63,568 bases of DNA, from positions 1 through 63,568 of the IMG/VR virus record IMGVR_UViG_3300034064_001787; one strand, written 5' to 3'. Shown piece by piece: positions 26,514 through 35,996 of this stretch. Below the pieces are notes generated by a model. That model was not told the DNA's origin and did not search any database. It saw nothing but the letters and a program-made list of their open reading frames with translations. Position 1 is the first letter of the stretch. Each line of letters starts with the position of its first letter. A program made the translations under genes and the position numbers. The DNA is from a virus. Lineage: Duplodnaviria > Caudoviricetes.

Positions 26514-28346
26514 ATGAAACTCGTCCAACAACTCCAAGCCGCCGGTCAGGACCACGAATTCTACCCGACCACAAACGAAATCCTTCACGCTCTCTTCACG
26601 CACCTTTGCCGGGGTGATGAGGAAGCCGAATCTCCCCAAAAACAGCGCTTCCACGGCACCGTCATGGACATCGGCGCTGGCAATGGCAAAGTCCTCGCCG
26701 AGTTTGCCAAACGCGGCGCGGACACACTCTACGCCATCGAGAAAAGCCCGCTCCTGCAGCGGGAGCTGCCACCGCAAGTGCTCGTCATCGGCACCGACTT
26801 TGCGGAGCAGTCCCTTTTCACCAAACCGGTCGATCTCCTCTTCTGCAACCCGCCCTACTCGCAGTTCATCTGCTGGATGGTCAAGATCATCCGCACTGCC
26901 GCGGCCAAGGAACTCTACCTCGTCGTCCCCCGCCGCTGGCAGGACAATCCTGACGTCATCGCCGCGCTACGCTTCCGTGGCGTGCTCCTACCCCACGAAA
27001 AAGATCCCAAAGAACCACCGCCAAAGCCTACCCACCTCGTCACCGACCACCCTGAAAACCAAGCCTGGGATGCGCAATGGGGGCCAATCCGAAGCAGCAG
27101 CGGCCAGATCATCAGGTGCCGCTACTACACCCCTCACATTCGCGTCACCATCGTCGGCGAGTTCGACTTCGAAGATGCCGAAGACCGCAAGGCGCGCGCC
27201 AAGGTCCACCTCTTGCACATCCCGCTCGAAACCTCCGGCAAGCACCAGGAAAACGACGATGCCTTCGAACGCTTCTTCCAGGAGCAGTTCGCCGATCTCA
27301 TCGCCCGCTTCCAAGGTCAGAAGGAGAAACCCTCCGCCTATGAGCAGCCCCCGCCACCGCCGGATCGCTTCCCGCTCGTCACCGCAGAGAGCTACATCGA
27401 AGCCCTCGTCCAGTGCTACCACGCCGAGCTGGCGAACATCGAGAAGAACTACAACGCCGTGGCCACGCTCGATGCGGATCTGCTCCGCGAGTTCGAGGTC
27501 TATCCCGCGAAAATCATGGCCTGCCTCAAGCAGCGCCTCAGCGGCCTCCGCCACGACTACTGGCACGAGCTCTTTGACCGCATGGACAAGCTCACCTCCC
27601 GCCTCACCACCGCCAGCCGGGAATCCATGCTCGGCACCCTGCGCCGGCACGTCCAGGTCGATTTCACCGTCTCCAACATCCACGCCATCGTCCTCTGGGC
27701 GCTGAAGAACGTCAATCGCTACATCGACGCGCAGTTCATCGACACCTACGAAACCATGGTGGAGCACTGCAACATCCAGAACTACCACAGCAACCAGCGC
27801 ACCTGGCAGAAGGGTGACTGGCGCTACAACCACGCCCGCGGCCGCAACGAATGGGCGCACGACAACACCCACTTCAAGCTGGATTACCGCATCGTTTTGC
27901 AAGGCGTCGGCGGCATCGCCACCTACGAATACGACTTCCAAAAAGAAGCGCACAATTACCTCAAAGAGAAGTGCTACCACTTACTCCGCGATCTCCTCAC
28001 CATCGCCAACAATCTCGGCTTTTTCTGCTCGGTCAATCCCTACCAACTCGTCGGCAGATGCCACTCCTGGCAGAGCAACCAACGCGAGGAATTCTACTGG
28101 ACCCCAGAACCCGGCAAACAAGAGATTCTCTTCGACGCCCGCGCCTTCAAAAACGGCAATCTCCATCTCCGCCTCCACCCGCGCTTCATCCTGGCCCTCA
28201 ACGTCGAGCACGGCCGCCTCAAAGGCTGGCTCAAGGATCAGCACGATGCCGTCACCGAACTCGGCGACATGGAAGCCGCCCACTTCTGGAAAGCCAATCT
28301 TCACCTCCCCATGCCCACCAACCCCGCCCTGCTCCTCGCCGCATGA
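26514..28346 (+). CDS. Amino-DNA methyltransferase with DUF4942-like C-terminus
   Basis: EFYPT, DIGAGNG (motif I), NPPY (motif IV), FKNGNLH. Confidence 0.85.
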   Translation: MKLVQQLQAAGQDHEFYPTTNEILHALFTHLCRGDEEAESPQKQRFHGTVMDIGAGNGKVLAEFAKRGADTLYAIEKSPLLQRELPPQVLVIGTDFAEQSLFTKPVDLLFCNPPYSQFICWMVKIIRTAAAKELYLVVPRRWQDNPDVIAALRFRGVLLPHEKDPKEPPPKPTHLVTDHPENQAWDAQWGPIRSSSGQIIRCRYYTPHIRVTIVGEFDFEDAEDRKARAKVHLLHIPLETSGKHQENDDAFERFFQEQFADLIARFQGQKEKPSAYEQPPPPPDRFPLVTAESYIEALVQCYHAELANIEKNYNAVATLDADLLREFEVYPAKIMACLKQRLSGLRHDYWHELFDRMDKLTSRLTTASRESMLGTLRRHVQVDFTVSNIHAIVLWALKNVNRYIDAQFIDTYETMVEHCNIQNYHSNQRTWQKGDWRYNHARGRNEWAHDNTHFKLDYRIVLQGVGGIATYEYDFQKEAHNYLKEKCYHLLRDLLTIANNLGFFCSVNPYQLVGRCHSWQSNQREEFYWTPEPGKQEILFDARAFKNGNLHLRLHPRFILALNVEHGRLKGWLKDQHDAVTELGDMEAAHFWKANLHLPMPTNPALLLAA

Positions 28347-28771
28347 AACCTCCACCCATCCTCCGCGCCACCATCGCGCACCCGGTCATCATCTACTACT
28401 GCAAGGCAGGCATTCAAACTGGCACCACCATCCGCGTCCAGCATCACGGCCAGGTGCATGCCTGCCGTGGCGTGTTTCTGCACGGCTGCAATGCCGGCAT
28501 GTTCCACGACAACAGCACCGGCAAACCGAAGGCCAGCGGTGCCCGCTGCGTGCTCACCGTCACCACCGGCATCGTCGGCCTCGAAACCCACCCCCGAAGC
28601 ACCCGCGAATTGGAGATCGCCGACATGCACGCCCTCGAACGCGACTGCCTCATCTTCTTCGACGAAGCAGGCGAGGAGAACCTTTACTACCGCGACGTCT
28701 TCCAGCGCCGCTACGTCTGCAAACCCGGCGGACAGTCCCTCAACGGCCACAAACTCCTCGGATGCCCATGA
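28343..28771 (+). CDS. Hypothetical protein
   Basis: ATGA-coupled ORF. Confidence 0.6.
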   Translation: MKPPPILRATIAHPVIIYYCKAGIQTGTTIRVQHHGQVHACRGVFLHGCNAGMFHDNSTGKPKASGARCVLTVTTGIVGLETHPRSTRELEIADMHALERDCLIFFDEAGEENLYYRDVFQRRYVCKPGGQSLNGHKLLGCP

Positions 28772-28980
28772 GCACCACCGTCGCAGAATGTATTCAAGGC
28801 CAATGGGCCGTGGCTGGCTGGCGATTGCACACCCTCCACGAAACGACCGCCACTCTTCGATCTCAGTCCGCTTGCTGCGCGGGACGCATCACCTACAAAA
28901 CCGTCCTCACCGGCCAAATCCGCCTCGTCGGCAAAAACGGCAACCTCGAAAAAGTCCATCCGTCTCCTTTCGATCCATGA
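28768..28980 (+). CDS. Hypothetical protein
   Basis: ATGA-coupled ORF. Confidence 0.55.
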   Translation: MSTTVAECIQGQWAVAGWRLHTLHETTATLRSQSACCAGRITYKTVLTGQIRLVGKNGNLEKVHPSPFDP

Positions 28981-29195
28981 GCACCCTGCTACGACCGGAC
29001 CTCAACCAAATGATTCGCCGCCGCCTCCATCAGCCTGTGCCGGTCATCGAAATGCACACGGATGCCACCACCCTGCATTACACCTCCGGCAGCAAACGCT
29101 GGCAGATCCCCAACGACGATCTCCGCGCCATCGCCACACGCCCCGGCGCTGCTTACGAACTCGAAATCGAAACCGCACTCAAACACATCACATGA
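28977..29195 (+). CDS. Hypothetical protein
   Basis: ATGA-coupled ORF. Confidence 0.55.
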   Translation: MSTLLRPDLNQMIRRRLHQPVPVIEMHTDATTLHYTSGSKRWQIPNDDLRAIATRPGAAYELEIETALKHIT

Positions 29196-29482
29196 GCACA
29201 CCCCTCCTCGATCCCATCCTGTTCGATGATCCCCGGCTTTCCCACGTCCGCCGCTGCTGGTGTGCCCATGGCAGTAAAAAGGTCAACGGTCCCCACCAGA
29301 AGACCAAGACGCGCGACACCGTGATCTACATCAATGCCAGCCGCGAAACCGTCGCCCGGCGTGTCGCCCGGAAAGAACTCAGCCTCCGCAACTTCAACCT
29401 CACTCACGTCCACGAAATCTCGTGGAACGAATACGCCCGCAGTTTGCCGCAGGAGTATGTCAGCTACGTCACTTCCCGCTGA
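29192..29482 (+). CDS. Hypothetical protein
   Basis: ATGA-coupled ORF. Confidence 0.6.
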   Translation: MSTPLLDPILFDDPRLSHVRRCWCAHGSKKVNGPHQKTKTRDTVIYINASRETVARRVARKELSLRNFNLTHVHEISWNEYARSLPQEYVSYVTSR

Positions 29483-29819
29483 TGTAGCCTTTAGTTTTGC
29501 GTTCTGGCTTGTAACCCCACATGGCCTGACCACGAATCTGGTCATTGATCGTTTTGGCGGTCGAATCTTTCGAATACGCCAACTGCGACGGCACCACCTC
29601 ATTAGGCTGGAGAACCCGATCACCAAAACGCATCTTACCCTTTTTCATCAAGCGCAGATCCGCCGCTTCACGCGCCAGTTTTTTCGCTGACCACTTGCCA
29701 CGCGGGAACTCCGGCAAAGCCGTCTTCCTTCCGATCAATTTAGCCACCTGGTCACCACGAGCGAACTCATTCAAAGCGGCATCCAACTGGGTATTCAGGC
29801 GTGTCAATTCACGAAGCAT
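29469..29819 (-). CDS. Antisense late 'moron': basic protein with conserved N-terminal leader
   Basis: MLRELTRLNTQLDAALNEF leader; TTGAC-N14-ATG. Confidence 0.75.
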   Translation of the reverse strand: MLRELTRLNTQLDAALNEFARGDQVAKLIGRKTALPEFPRGKWSAKKLAREAADLRLMKKGKMRFGDRVLQPNEVVPSQLAYSKDSTAKTINDQIRGQAMWGYKPERKTKGYISGK

Positions 29820-29837
29820 TCCCTTCTTTCCTTGTCA

Positions 29838-30506
29838 ATGAACGTCCAACTCGAAATCCCTTTCAATCCCATCTGGCAAACCGAGGTGGCCCGCCGGTTT
29901 GCGGAAGGCACCGAGCACACCATGGGTCGCGTCATCGGCGTCATCTTACAGCTTCATCTCCACACCGATCCCCACCAATGCACCGCTGTTTTCGTCGGAC
30001 TCCGGTGGAAGAACCCTCGACTCATCGGGCATCGAAATGTGACTCGTGACCACTGGGACCACTCCATCATTCACCTATCCGAACAACCTGATCTCCCGCC
30101 TGTCCCAATCACACGCCACGGCACTACTCCCTTTTGGGCTCAGGACTCTGGAATACCCAAGAAATTGCCCTTTCGTCCGATTTCTCCATTAACCCCTCAA
30201 ATCCTCGAAAAGACAAGCGTTCCACAACCGCAGGAAAGTCTATTTCTTGATGTTTCAAGGCCAAAAGCCAGCATGACATCGTGGAACGCCCATCAATACG
30301 GCCTTCCAGCGCCCTCCTGCAACGGTGCCAGGCTTTTTCGCCCTCCCCGACCCATTCAAACAACACGTTGGACCCCTCAATTCCCCGTTCCCCGTTCCCA
30401 AACCACCTATGCAACCTATGCAAGCATGACACTCTCTGCGTTCCACAAAGCAACGACCAGCGTTCCACACTGCACACCTGTTCACCTGCACCTAAACACA
30501 CCATGA
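29838..30506 (+). CDS. Hypothetical protein
   Basis: ORF with weak coding signal in the C-terminal half. Confidence 0.45.
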   Translation: MNVQLEIPFNPIWQTEVARRFAEGTEHTMGRVIGVILQLHLHTDPHQCTAVFVGLRWKNPRLIGHRNVTRDHWDHSIIHLSEQPDLPPVPITRHGTTPFWAQDSGIPKKLPFRPISPLTPQILEKTSVPQPQESLFLDVSRPKASMTSWNAHQYGLPAPSCNGARLFRPPRPIQTTRWTPQFPVPRSQTTYATYASMTLSAFHKATTSVPHCTPVHLHLNTP

Positions 30507-30706
30507 CACGCAAACCAGACTCGGAGACCGGGAGACAAGGAGAAGAGGAAACACCTTGCTTCATGCGGTGTGACCGTTGTTACCGCACCTCTGAGTCAGC
30601 AGCGGCAGGCAGCCAATGCCTACGCGGCTACCTCAATCCACCAGGACATGAAGTGCCTCGCTGCACGGGCCGGATGCGGGCCAATCAAATCCCCAGCGTC
30701 TGCTGA
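30503..30706 (+). CDS. Small Cys-rich protein
   Basis: CDRC...C...C pattern; ATGA-coupled. Confidence 0.45.
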   Translation: MTRKPDSETGRQGEEETPCFMRCDRCYRTSESAAAGSQCLRGYLNPPGHEVPRCTGRMRANQIPSVC

Positions 30707-32424
30707 GTCGGCCCCGAGCCACTGAAGAGACCCGCCGCCGCTGCCATGCAGATCTGCATACGCTCGCAGGCCTCGCCGTGGTCGTCGGTGCGTTTTTGAT
30801 ACCACTCATACGAAGCCACGCCGCGCCCGTTCGTGGTGAGGCGACGGTCCCAGGCGGTGACCTGCTTCTTGTATTCGAGATCGGTATCCTGCGGGATGCA
30901 CCAATCACCGAGGTCGCCATACTGCATCATCACGAGGCGGTCGCGGGTGCCTTCCTTCGAGAACAGCCACAGGGGCACGTTTTGAACCTTGCCCTGCATG
31001 GCGGTGCCGAGCGCGGGATCAAAGTGGCTCATGGTCCAGATGGCCTTGGTGCCATCGGGCTGCGTGAAGAACTTCTTGTCCTCACCGCGCAGGGCCTTCC
31101 ACAGCCCGCCGCTCTCGACGACGAGTTTATACACGTCCGCCGTGGAGTAAGCAGAGTCCACACCGACACAGCGCGGATCCACTTTCCACTCGTTTTGCAG
31201 GCGCACGATGTCCTCGCGATTCCACACCTTCTCAAAATGCAACAACCTCGATCGACCCTGATGTCCCCACGCCCGAATCGCCACCCAGTAGTGCCGTCCC
31301 CCTTTGCCTTGCACATCGACCGTCATGAACCGGCGCACCTCGTGCTCCCACGGATCGCCGACGAGGTAAGCCCGCTGGCGGGCCTTCAGGAAGTCGTCCT
31401 CCTTCGCGAAGCGCAAGCGGTCTGCCCAAGGCAGGCCCCGCGTCTCGTTCCAGTGGTCCTTCATCGCGGTGAAGTCGGCATTGCGCAGCGCCTCGGAGGC
31501 TCGCAGGAATTCCTTGAGCTGATCGTCCCAGCTCGTGAAGTGCGGCAGCAGGGCGTTCCAGGTGAAACTGACGTAGTCGGAAGGCGCGTTCGGATTGTGC
31601 GCGATCCACCGGCCCTCCCGGCAGAACCACTTGCGGTCGCTGCCACCGGGGCGGATGTCGCGGTGCTGATGGCCACAGGCCTCGCACTCGTAGTGAAGGG
31701 TCTTGCACGCCTCCTCCTCGTTCCAGCGTCCACCGGGGCACGTCACCTCGTTTTTGTCCCATTTCACGCCTCCTTTCTTCTCCTTCTCGCCCCAGCGAAG
31801 CTCCTGCTCATGGCCACACTCGGGCGCGCGGCATCGAATATACCAGTGCTCCTGTGAGCCGGCCTGGAAGGCGCGGTCCATCATGTCGCCCTCCATGTCG
31901 GGGCAGGAGATCATGAACTGCTTGTAGTTGTGCGGGAAGGAGCGCGTGCGCTTGCTCACCATCTCCAGCGTGCCTGGTTTCCACTGGCGCACCTCATCGA
32001 GAAAGAGGTAGCGGTAGGGCAGGGACTGCAGCGCGGCTTTGGTATCCGCGCCCGCGATGCGGAAGTAGTTACCGTTGACGTAGAGGTGGAGCTTCTTCTT
32101 TTTCTGCCGGTCCTCTGGTAGCCGGGCACTGAGGCTGGCGGTGTTTTCCCAGAACGGCCACAGGTAGGCCTCAGCGATGGTGACGGCCTCGGGCTTCGAT
32201 TTGGTCACCCACATCATCGGGCCTGGATCCTCCAGGAACGACCAGCCGAGGCAGCCATACATGAGCACCGTCTTGGTGGACTGCGCGGAGCACTGCGCAG
32301 CGATTTTTCGGATGGTCGGATTCTTGTAGCAATCCATGATCCGATGCTGGAACCTCAAGTCCGGGTCCCAGGCGTCGCCATTATGCAGCTTGAAGTTGCG
32401 CTGGGCATACTGCCAGACAGGCAC
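30685..32424 (-). CDS. terL: Terminase large subunit, lambda GpA family (5' end probably supplied by a frameshift)
   Basis: SAQSTKT Walker A variant, YLFLDE Walker B, C..C zinc motifs, MTVDVQ nuclease motif. Confidence 0.9.
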   Translation of the reverse strand: MPVWQYAQRNFKLHNGDAWDPDLRFQHRIMDCYKNPTIRKIAAQCSAQSTKTVLMYGCLGWSFLEDPGPMMWVTKSKPEAVTIAEAYLWPFWENTASLSARLPEDRQKKKKLHLYVNGNYFRIAGADTKAALQSLPYRYLFLDEVRQWKPGTLEMVSKRTRSFPHNYKQFMISCPDMEGDMMDRAFQAGSQEHWYIRCRAPECGHEQELRWGEKEKKGGVKWDKNEVTCPGGRWNEEEACKTLHYECEACGHQHRDIRPGGSDRKWFCREGRWIAHNPNAPSDYVSFTWNALLPHFTSWDDQLKEFLRASEALRNADFTAMKDHWNETRGLPWADRLRFAKEDDFLKARQRAYLVGDPWEHEVRRFMTVDVQGKGGRHYWVAIRAWGHQGRSRLLHFEKVWNREDIVRLQNEWKVDPRCVGVDSAYSTADVYKLVVESGGLWKALRGEDKKFFTQPDGTKAIWTMSHFDPALGTAMQGKVQNVPLWLFSKEGTRDRLVMMQYGDLGDWCIPQDTDLEYKKQVTAWDRRLTTNGRGVASYEWYQKRTDDHGEACERMQICMAAAAGLFSGSGPTQQTLGI

Positions 32425-33116
32425 CTCCGAAGGTGGTCGAAGAGCTCCGTAGAGACGATCCGCCAGAATGTTTTTTTTTTGGCTGCCTCGGGAATGGCCG
32501 CCAATCGTTCGAGCGTGGCGTCGATGGCGGCCTTGATCCGCGTCGCCGCCTCCGGCACCGTTTCGCCCACGACGGCGGGTGCCAATGGATGATGCACCTG
32601 GCGCATCTCATTCACCACTCGCGTCACCAGTTCCAGAAGGACACCGGTGCATTCTTCACGCGAGATGGTCTCCCCACGCTTCTCAGCAAGCTCAAGCTGC
32701 TTCAGCTCCACGTCGAGGCCAATCGCACGCGAACGCTGATCCTCGATCGTTGCCTTCGGCCTGCCAGCACGCTTGCCTTTGCGCTCCATCCAGTCGCGCC
32801 AGCGGTTCACCGAGTAGCGTCCATCCGGCTCCTGCCCCGGCGCATCCGCCTCCTTCATCCATCGCTGGATCGATTTGCGATCCGAGATGTCCAGAGCCTT
32901 TGCCAACTGCTCCTGCGAGGCCACAAAGACTTCCTCTGACTCCTTCTCCCCCACGGCCATCTCCAGCCGCTTCATTTGCTCGCGAGTCAGCACCTCTCCA
33001 TCGGCCGATTTGAGCCGGATGTTCTGCACATCCATCTTGCGGATACGCTCCAACTCCTCCGCTGTGAATTCACCTAGAGGAGCTTTCTCACCGTCAACCG
33101 TATCCGCTTGCGCCAT
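32355..33116 (-). CDS. terS: Terminase small subunit, Nu1-like
   Basis: wHTH (SQEQLAKAL.IS...IQRW...AP...GRY) plus coiled coil; upstream of terL; TTGAC-N14-ATG. Confidence 0.8.
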   Translation of the reverse strand: MAQADTVDGEKAPLGEFTAEELERIRKMDVQNIRLKSADGEVLTREQMKRLEMAVGEKESEEVFVASQEQLAKALDISDRKSIQRWMKEADAPGQEPDGRYSVNRWRDWMERKGKRAGRPKATIEDQRSRAIGLDVELKQLELAEKRGETISREECTGVLLELVTRVVNEMRQVHHPLAPAVVGETVPEAATRIKAAIDATLERLAAIPEAAKKKTFWRIVSTELFDHLRRCLSGSMPSATSSCIMATPGTRT

Positions 33117-33311
33117 ACGGGACACGTCCCGTCAACCTGTCCCAACACACTACCACCTTCCAAAAACAATGGGACACTCTCAAAAAAACCGAACTCTCCG
33201 CGTCTTCTTGCCCTTCGGGTAACCTAAATGTCCCACGCGAGAAAAAGATTCCTTGCCCTATGGTGGTGGTCAGTCTGAAATTCGCGGATTCATCACTGAT
33301 GTGTTGTCATG

Positions 33312-33680
33312 CTAAGCGCTCAAATCCCCACCGGGGAAACGGGGGTATTCCCTCTTTGAGCACGCCAACAACAACAAATCAATCATGATAACGATGAGCC
33401 ACGCCACAAAGAACTCCAAGCTCCACAGTTGTGGCCAGAACAAATACGCGCACAAAGGAGCGACAAGCAGCAGCGCCAACCAAGCTCGCGCATGCTCATA
33501 ATTGGTCACAGTGAGCGTTCCATTACACTTCCAGCGCCGAGCAGGCCACCACTCATGGCCTCCATCAATAGCCACCAGCGATTCCGAAGGAAGCTCGCAT
33601 ACCTCATCGAAGGCCAATGGCCCCACGACCTGCCCATCGGCAGCACGATACGTATAAAATCGCGTCTCTCCAATCTCCAT
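33312..33680 (-). CDS. GYF_2-like domain membrane protein
   Basis: Y.Y...GQVVGP.....L......V...G..EW motif plus 2 TM helices; follows the repressor. Confidence 0.6.
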   Translation of the reverse strand: MEIGETRFYTYRAADGQVVGPLAFDEVCELPSESLVAIDGGHEWWPARRWKCNGTLTVTNYEHARAWLALLLVAPLCAYLFWPQLWSLEFFVAWLIVIMIDLLLLACSKREYPRFPGGDLSA

Positions 33681-33689
33681 AAGTTTATC

Positions 33690-34157
33690 TCAGCGTGCTC
33701 CTACCTCTTTGTCAAGCCCAACCCACATCGCCTGCTTCTCCAGCATCGCCACCACCGTCGGGTCACGTCGCGACTCACGCGCCAGGAACTTCAAATAAGC
33801 CTCAGCCAGCGGCGAGATCGGGCTCATACGTTCATCCAGCTCCACCTCACCCTCACGGAAAAGCAGGCCCACATACGGCTCCGGCACCGCATCCAGCACC
33901 GCTGCCGTGATCAGCTTCCGTTGCATCTCCTCATCCAGCACACTCGCCAGTTTCGACAGCGTCTCAGGCTCCGCACGCTTCGTGTGCATCGACGCATACA
34001 CCGTCGAAGGATTCAGGTCCGCACGCGTCGCCAAAGCCACCTGCGTAGCGAACAGCTTATCATCTCCGATCAGCGACCGCACAAACGCAGCCACATGACC
34101 AGACAGTTTCGAAGAGGGGGAAGGTGAGGAAGAATTTCTCATGCAATAAATATCCAT
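33690..34157 (-). CDS. XRE-family repressor (CI-like)
   Basis: TQVALATRADLNPSTVY HTH; divergent from the early operon, near the integrase. Confidence 0.7.
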   Translation of the reverse strand: MDIYCMRNSSSPSPSSKLSGHVAAFVRSLIGDDKLFATQVALATRADLNPSTVYASMHTKRAEPETLSKLASVLDEEMQRKLITAAVLDAVPEPYVGLLFREGEVELDERMSPISPLAEAYLKFLARESRRDPTVVAMLEKQAMWVGLDKEVGAR

Positions 34158-34229
34158 TGCGTTAAAGATTATGCAAGGGGAAATTTAACGCGACAAATGC
34201 GACTCGGTAGAATATCCATCGTGTGAAAT

Positions 34230-34433
34230 ATGGCCGCACCCACTGACACCCTCCCTCCCGAAGTCGCCGAAGTCCAAGCCGAAGACGAGCTCATCGACAT
34301 CCTCATCGACCACACCGCGCACCTCGGCCGCCACTCCGGTTCACCCCTCCGCCGCATCGCCTCCGGACGCGTCCAGGTAAAGCTCCAAGGCCTCAAGCAA
34401 GACCTACAGCCCCAGCTCACACCCGCCTGCTGA
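34230..34433 (+). CDS. Small protein divergent from the repressor (Cro position)
   Basis: 67-aa ORF; AATATCCAT direct repeats in the intergenic region. Confidence 0.55.
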   Translation: MAAPTDTLPPEVAEVQAEDELIDILIDHTAHLGRHSGSPLRRIASGRVQVKLQGLKQDLQPQLTPAC

Positions 34434-34457
34434 TCACCACGCACATCTCTCCCACCC

Positions 34458-34694
34458 ATGCGCGAAATCCCCCTCCCACCCAAAGCCAACCTCACCACCG
34501 CCGAAGCCCACGAATACGTCGGCAACCGCCCCTTCTTCGACTTCCTCATCGAGCACTACGGCCTCAAACCCATCTGGCAAGGCAAAGGCCACAAAACCAT
34601 CCTCTACCGCGTCACCGCCATCGAAACCGCACTCGCCGCTTTGGAAATAAACGGCGGCTTTGACTTCGAGAAGCCCGCCCCCACCGCGCCATGA
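34458..34694 (+). CDS. Excisionase-like winged-helix protein
   Basis: LTTAEAHEYVG...LKP...ILYR..IE pattern, beside the integrase. Confidence 0.6.
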   Translation: MREIPLPPKANLTTAEAHEYVGNRPFFDFLIEHYGLKPIWQGKGHKTILYRVTAIETALAALEINGGFDFEKPAPTAP

Positions 34695-34966
34695 GCCCTG
34701 AACTCTCCACCGCCATCGCCTGCGCCACCGCCGTGAGAGGCCAACTCCAAAGCGACATCGCAACAACCTTCACACCCGACAAAGCAGCGTTGAGCAAAGC
34801 CATCGACCAATTCCTCACCCAAGCCTTCAGCGGCAGATTCGCAGATCGTGAAGCCCAACAAAACAGCGCAGCACCCCTCAAAAATCGCAGCGGACACAGC
34901 AGTGAGTGCCCTAAAGCCCCGCATTCACATGCTCCCGCACCGGAGCATAGCCCACGTAATTCTTGA
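34691..34966 (+). CDS. Hypothetical protein
   Basis: ATGA-coupled ORF, convergent with the integrase. Confidence 0.45.
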   Translation: MSPELSTAIACATAVRGQLQSDIATTFTPDKAALSKAIDQFLTQAFSGRFADREAQQNSAAPLKNRSGHSSECPKAPHSHAPAPEHSPRNS

Positions 34967-35996
34967 ACGTCACCTCGATCCCATCGCCCAGCCACTGCGC
35001 CACCGTCGCGATCGGGCACCCACCCATCACCAGCAAAGTCGCAAACGTATGACGCATCGAATGCCACCCCACCCACGGCAGCCCAGCCGCCACCACCAGC
35101 CGCTTCAATGGCTTCCGTGGTTCCCAGCGATACTTATGCTTTGCATGCCCCACATCAGGTCGCACCACGAACGGCCCATCAAACCGCTGGCCATGCAGGA
35201 ACTCATACAGCCGGTCATTCATCGGGATCCGACGAGCCTCCTTATCCTTCGGCACAAAAGTCGAAGTCTCCATCACACACACCTCACCACCACCCGGCCA
35301 GAAGCGCAGCCACTCCGGCCTCATCTCGATCATCTCATGCAGCCGCAGCCCCGCATGAAAGCCCAACATCAGCATCAGCCTCAAATCCTCCCGATCACAC
35401 AGATCGATCAGCCGCTCACGCTCCTCACGCGTGCAGAAACGATCCGCCCGCGTCTTCCGCACCACCGGCACCTTCACCTCATCCGCCACATTCCTCGGCA
35501 GCACCCCACGCTCCACCAACCAGGCCAGGAAAGCATGCAGCCGCAGCAGGTAAGTCTTCACCGTCGCCACCGCCTTCCCAGCCTCACGCAGCCCCTTCAG
35601 CCAACCCTCCACACGCCTTGCCGTGATCAGCGCCACCGGCGTCTCCACCCCCAGGAACACACCAAACAACTTCAAAGCCGACGCATCCGAATCCAGCGTC
35701 CATCGGCTCATCACCCGCTCACGCCGCACCTCCAAAAAACGCTCCCTCTCGAAAGCAAACGTCCCCGGCGTAAACTCCACTGGACGATCCCGATGCAGAT
35801 CCAGCGCCAGCTTCACCGCCTCATCGTAAGAGCGAGTCCCCAGCGCCACCCTCGGCGGCCGACGCCCCTCCCGTTGAGCCGGCCTAAAATACCACCAGCC
35901 CCCGATCTCCGTCAGTCCCTTGATCTTCACGCGACCCCTCAGCGCCCCTCTCGGAGCCTTTTTTTGACCACTTTGGTTGACCACTTTGGAGCGCAT
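34911..35996 (-). CDS. int: Tyrosine integrase
   Basis: GLRLHE (R), PKDK (K), HSMRHTF (HxxR), WLG and catalytic Y; adjacent to attP. Confidence 0.92.
   Translation of the reverse strand: MRSKVVNQSGQKKAPRGALRGRVKIKGLTEIGGWWYFRPAQREGRRPPRVALGTRSYDEAVKLALDLHRDRPVEFTPGTFAFERERFLEVRRERVMSRWTLDSDASALKLFGVFLGVETPVALITARRVEGWLKGLREAGKAVATVKTYLLRLHAFLAWLVERGVLPRNVADEVKVPVVRKTRADRFCTREERERLIDLCDREDLRLMLMLGFHAGLRLHEMIEMRPEWLRFWPGGGEVCVMETSTFVPKDKEARRIPMNDRLYEFLHGQRFDGPFVVRPDVGHAKHKYRWEPRKPLKRLVVAAGLPWVGWHSMRHTFATLLVMGGCPIATVAQWLGDGIEVTFKNYVGYAPVREHVNAGL
35964..35987 (+). repeat. Integrase arm-type direct repeats TTGACCACTTT x2
   Basis: The same pair recurs at 36139-36161 on the other side of the core. 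Confidence 0.7.

Noticed and set aside
34911-35996. Phage integrase as an integron integrase (IntI)
   Set aside because: The segment between the catalytic K and HxxR is short, lacking the IntI-specific insertion, and the gene has a conventional tRNA attP with arm sites
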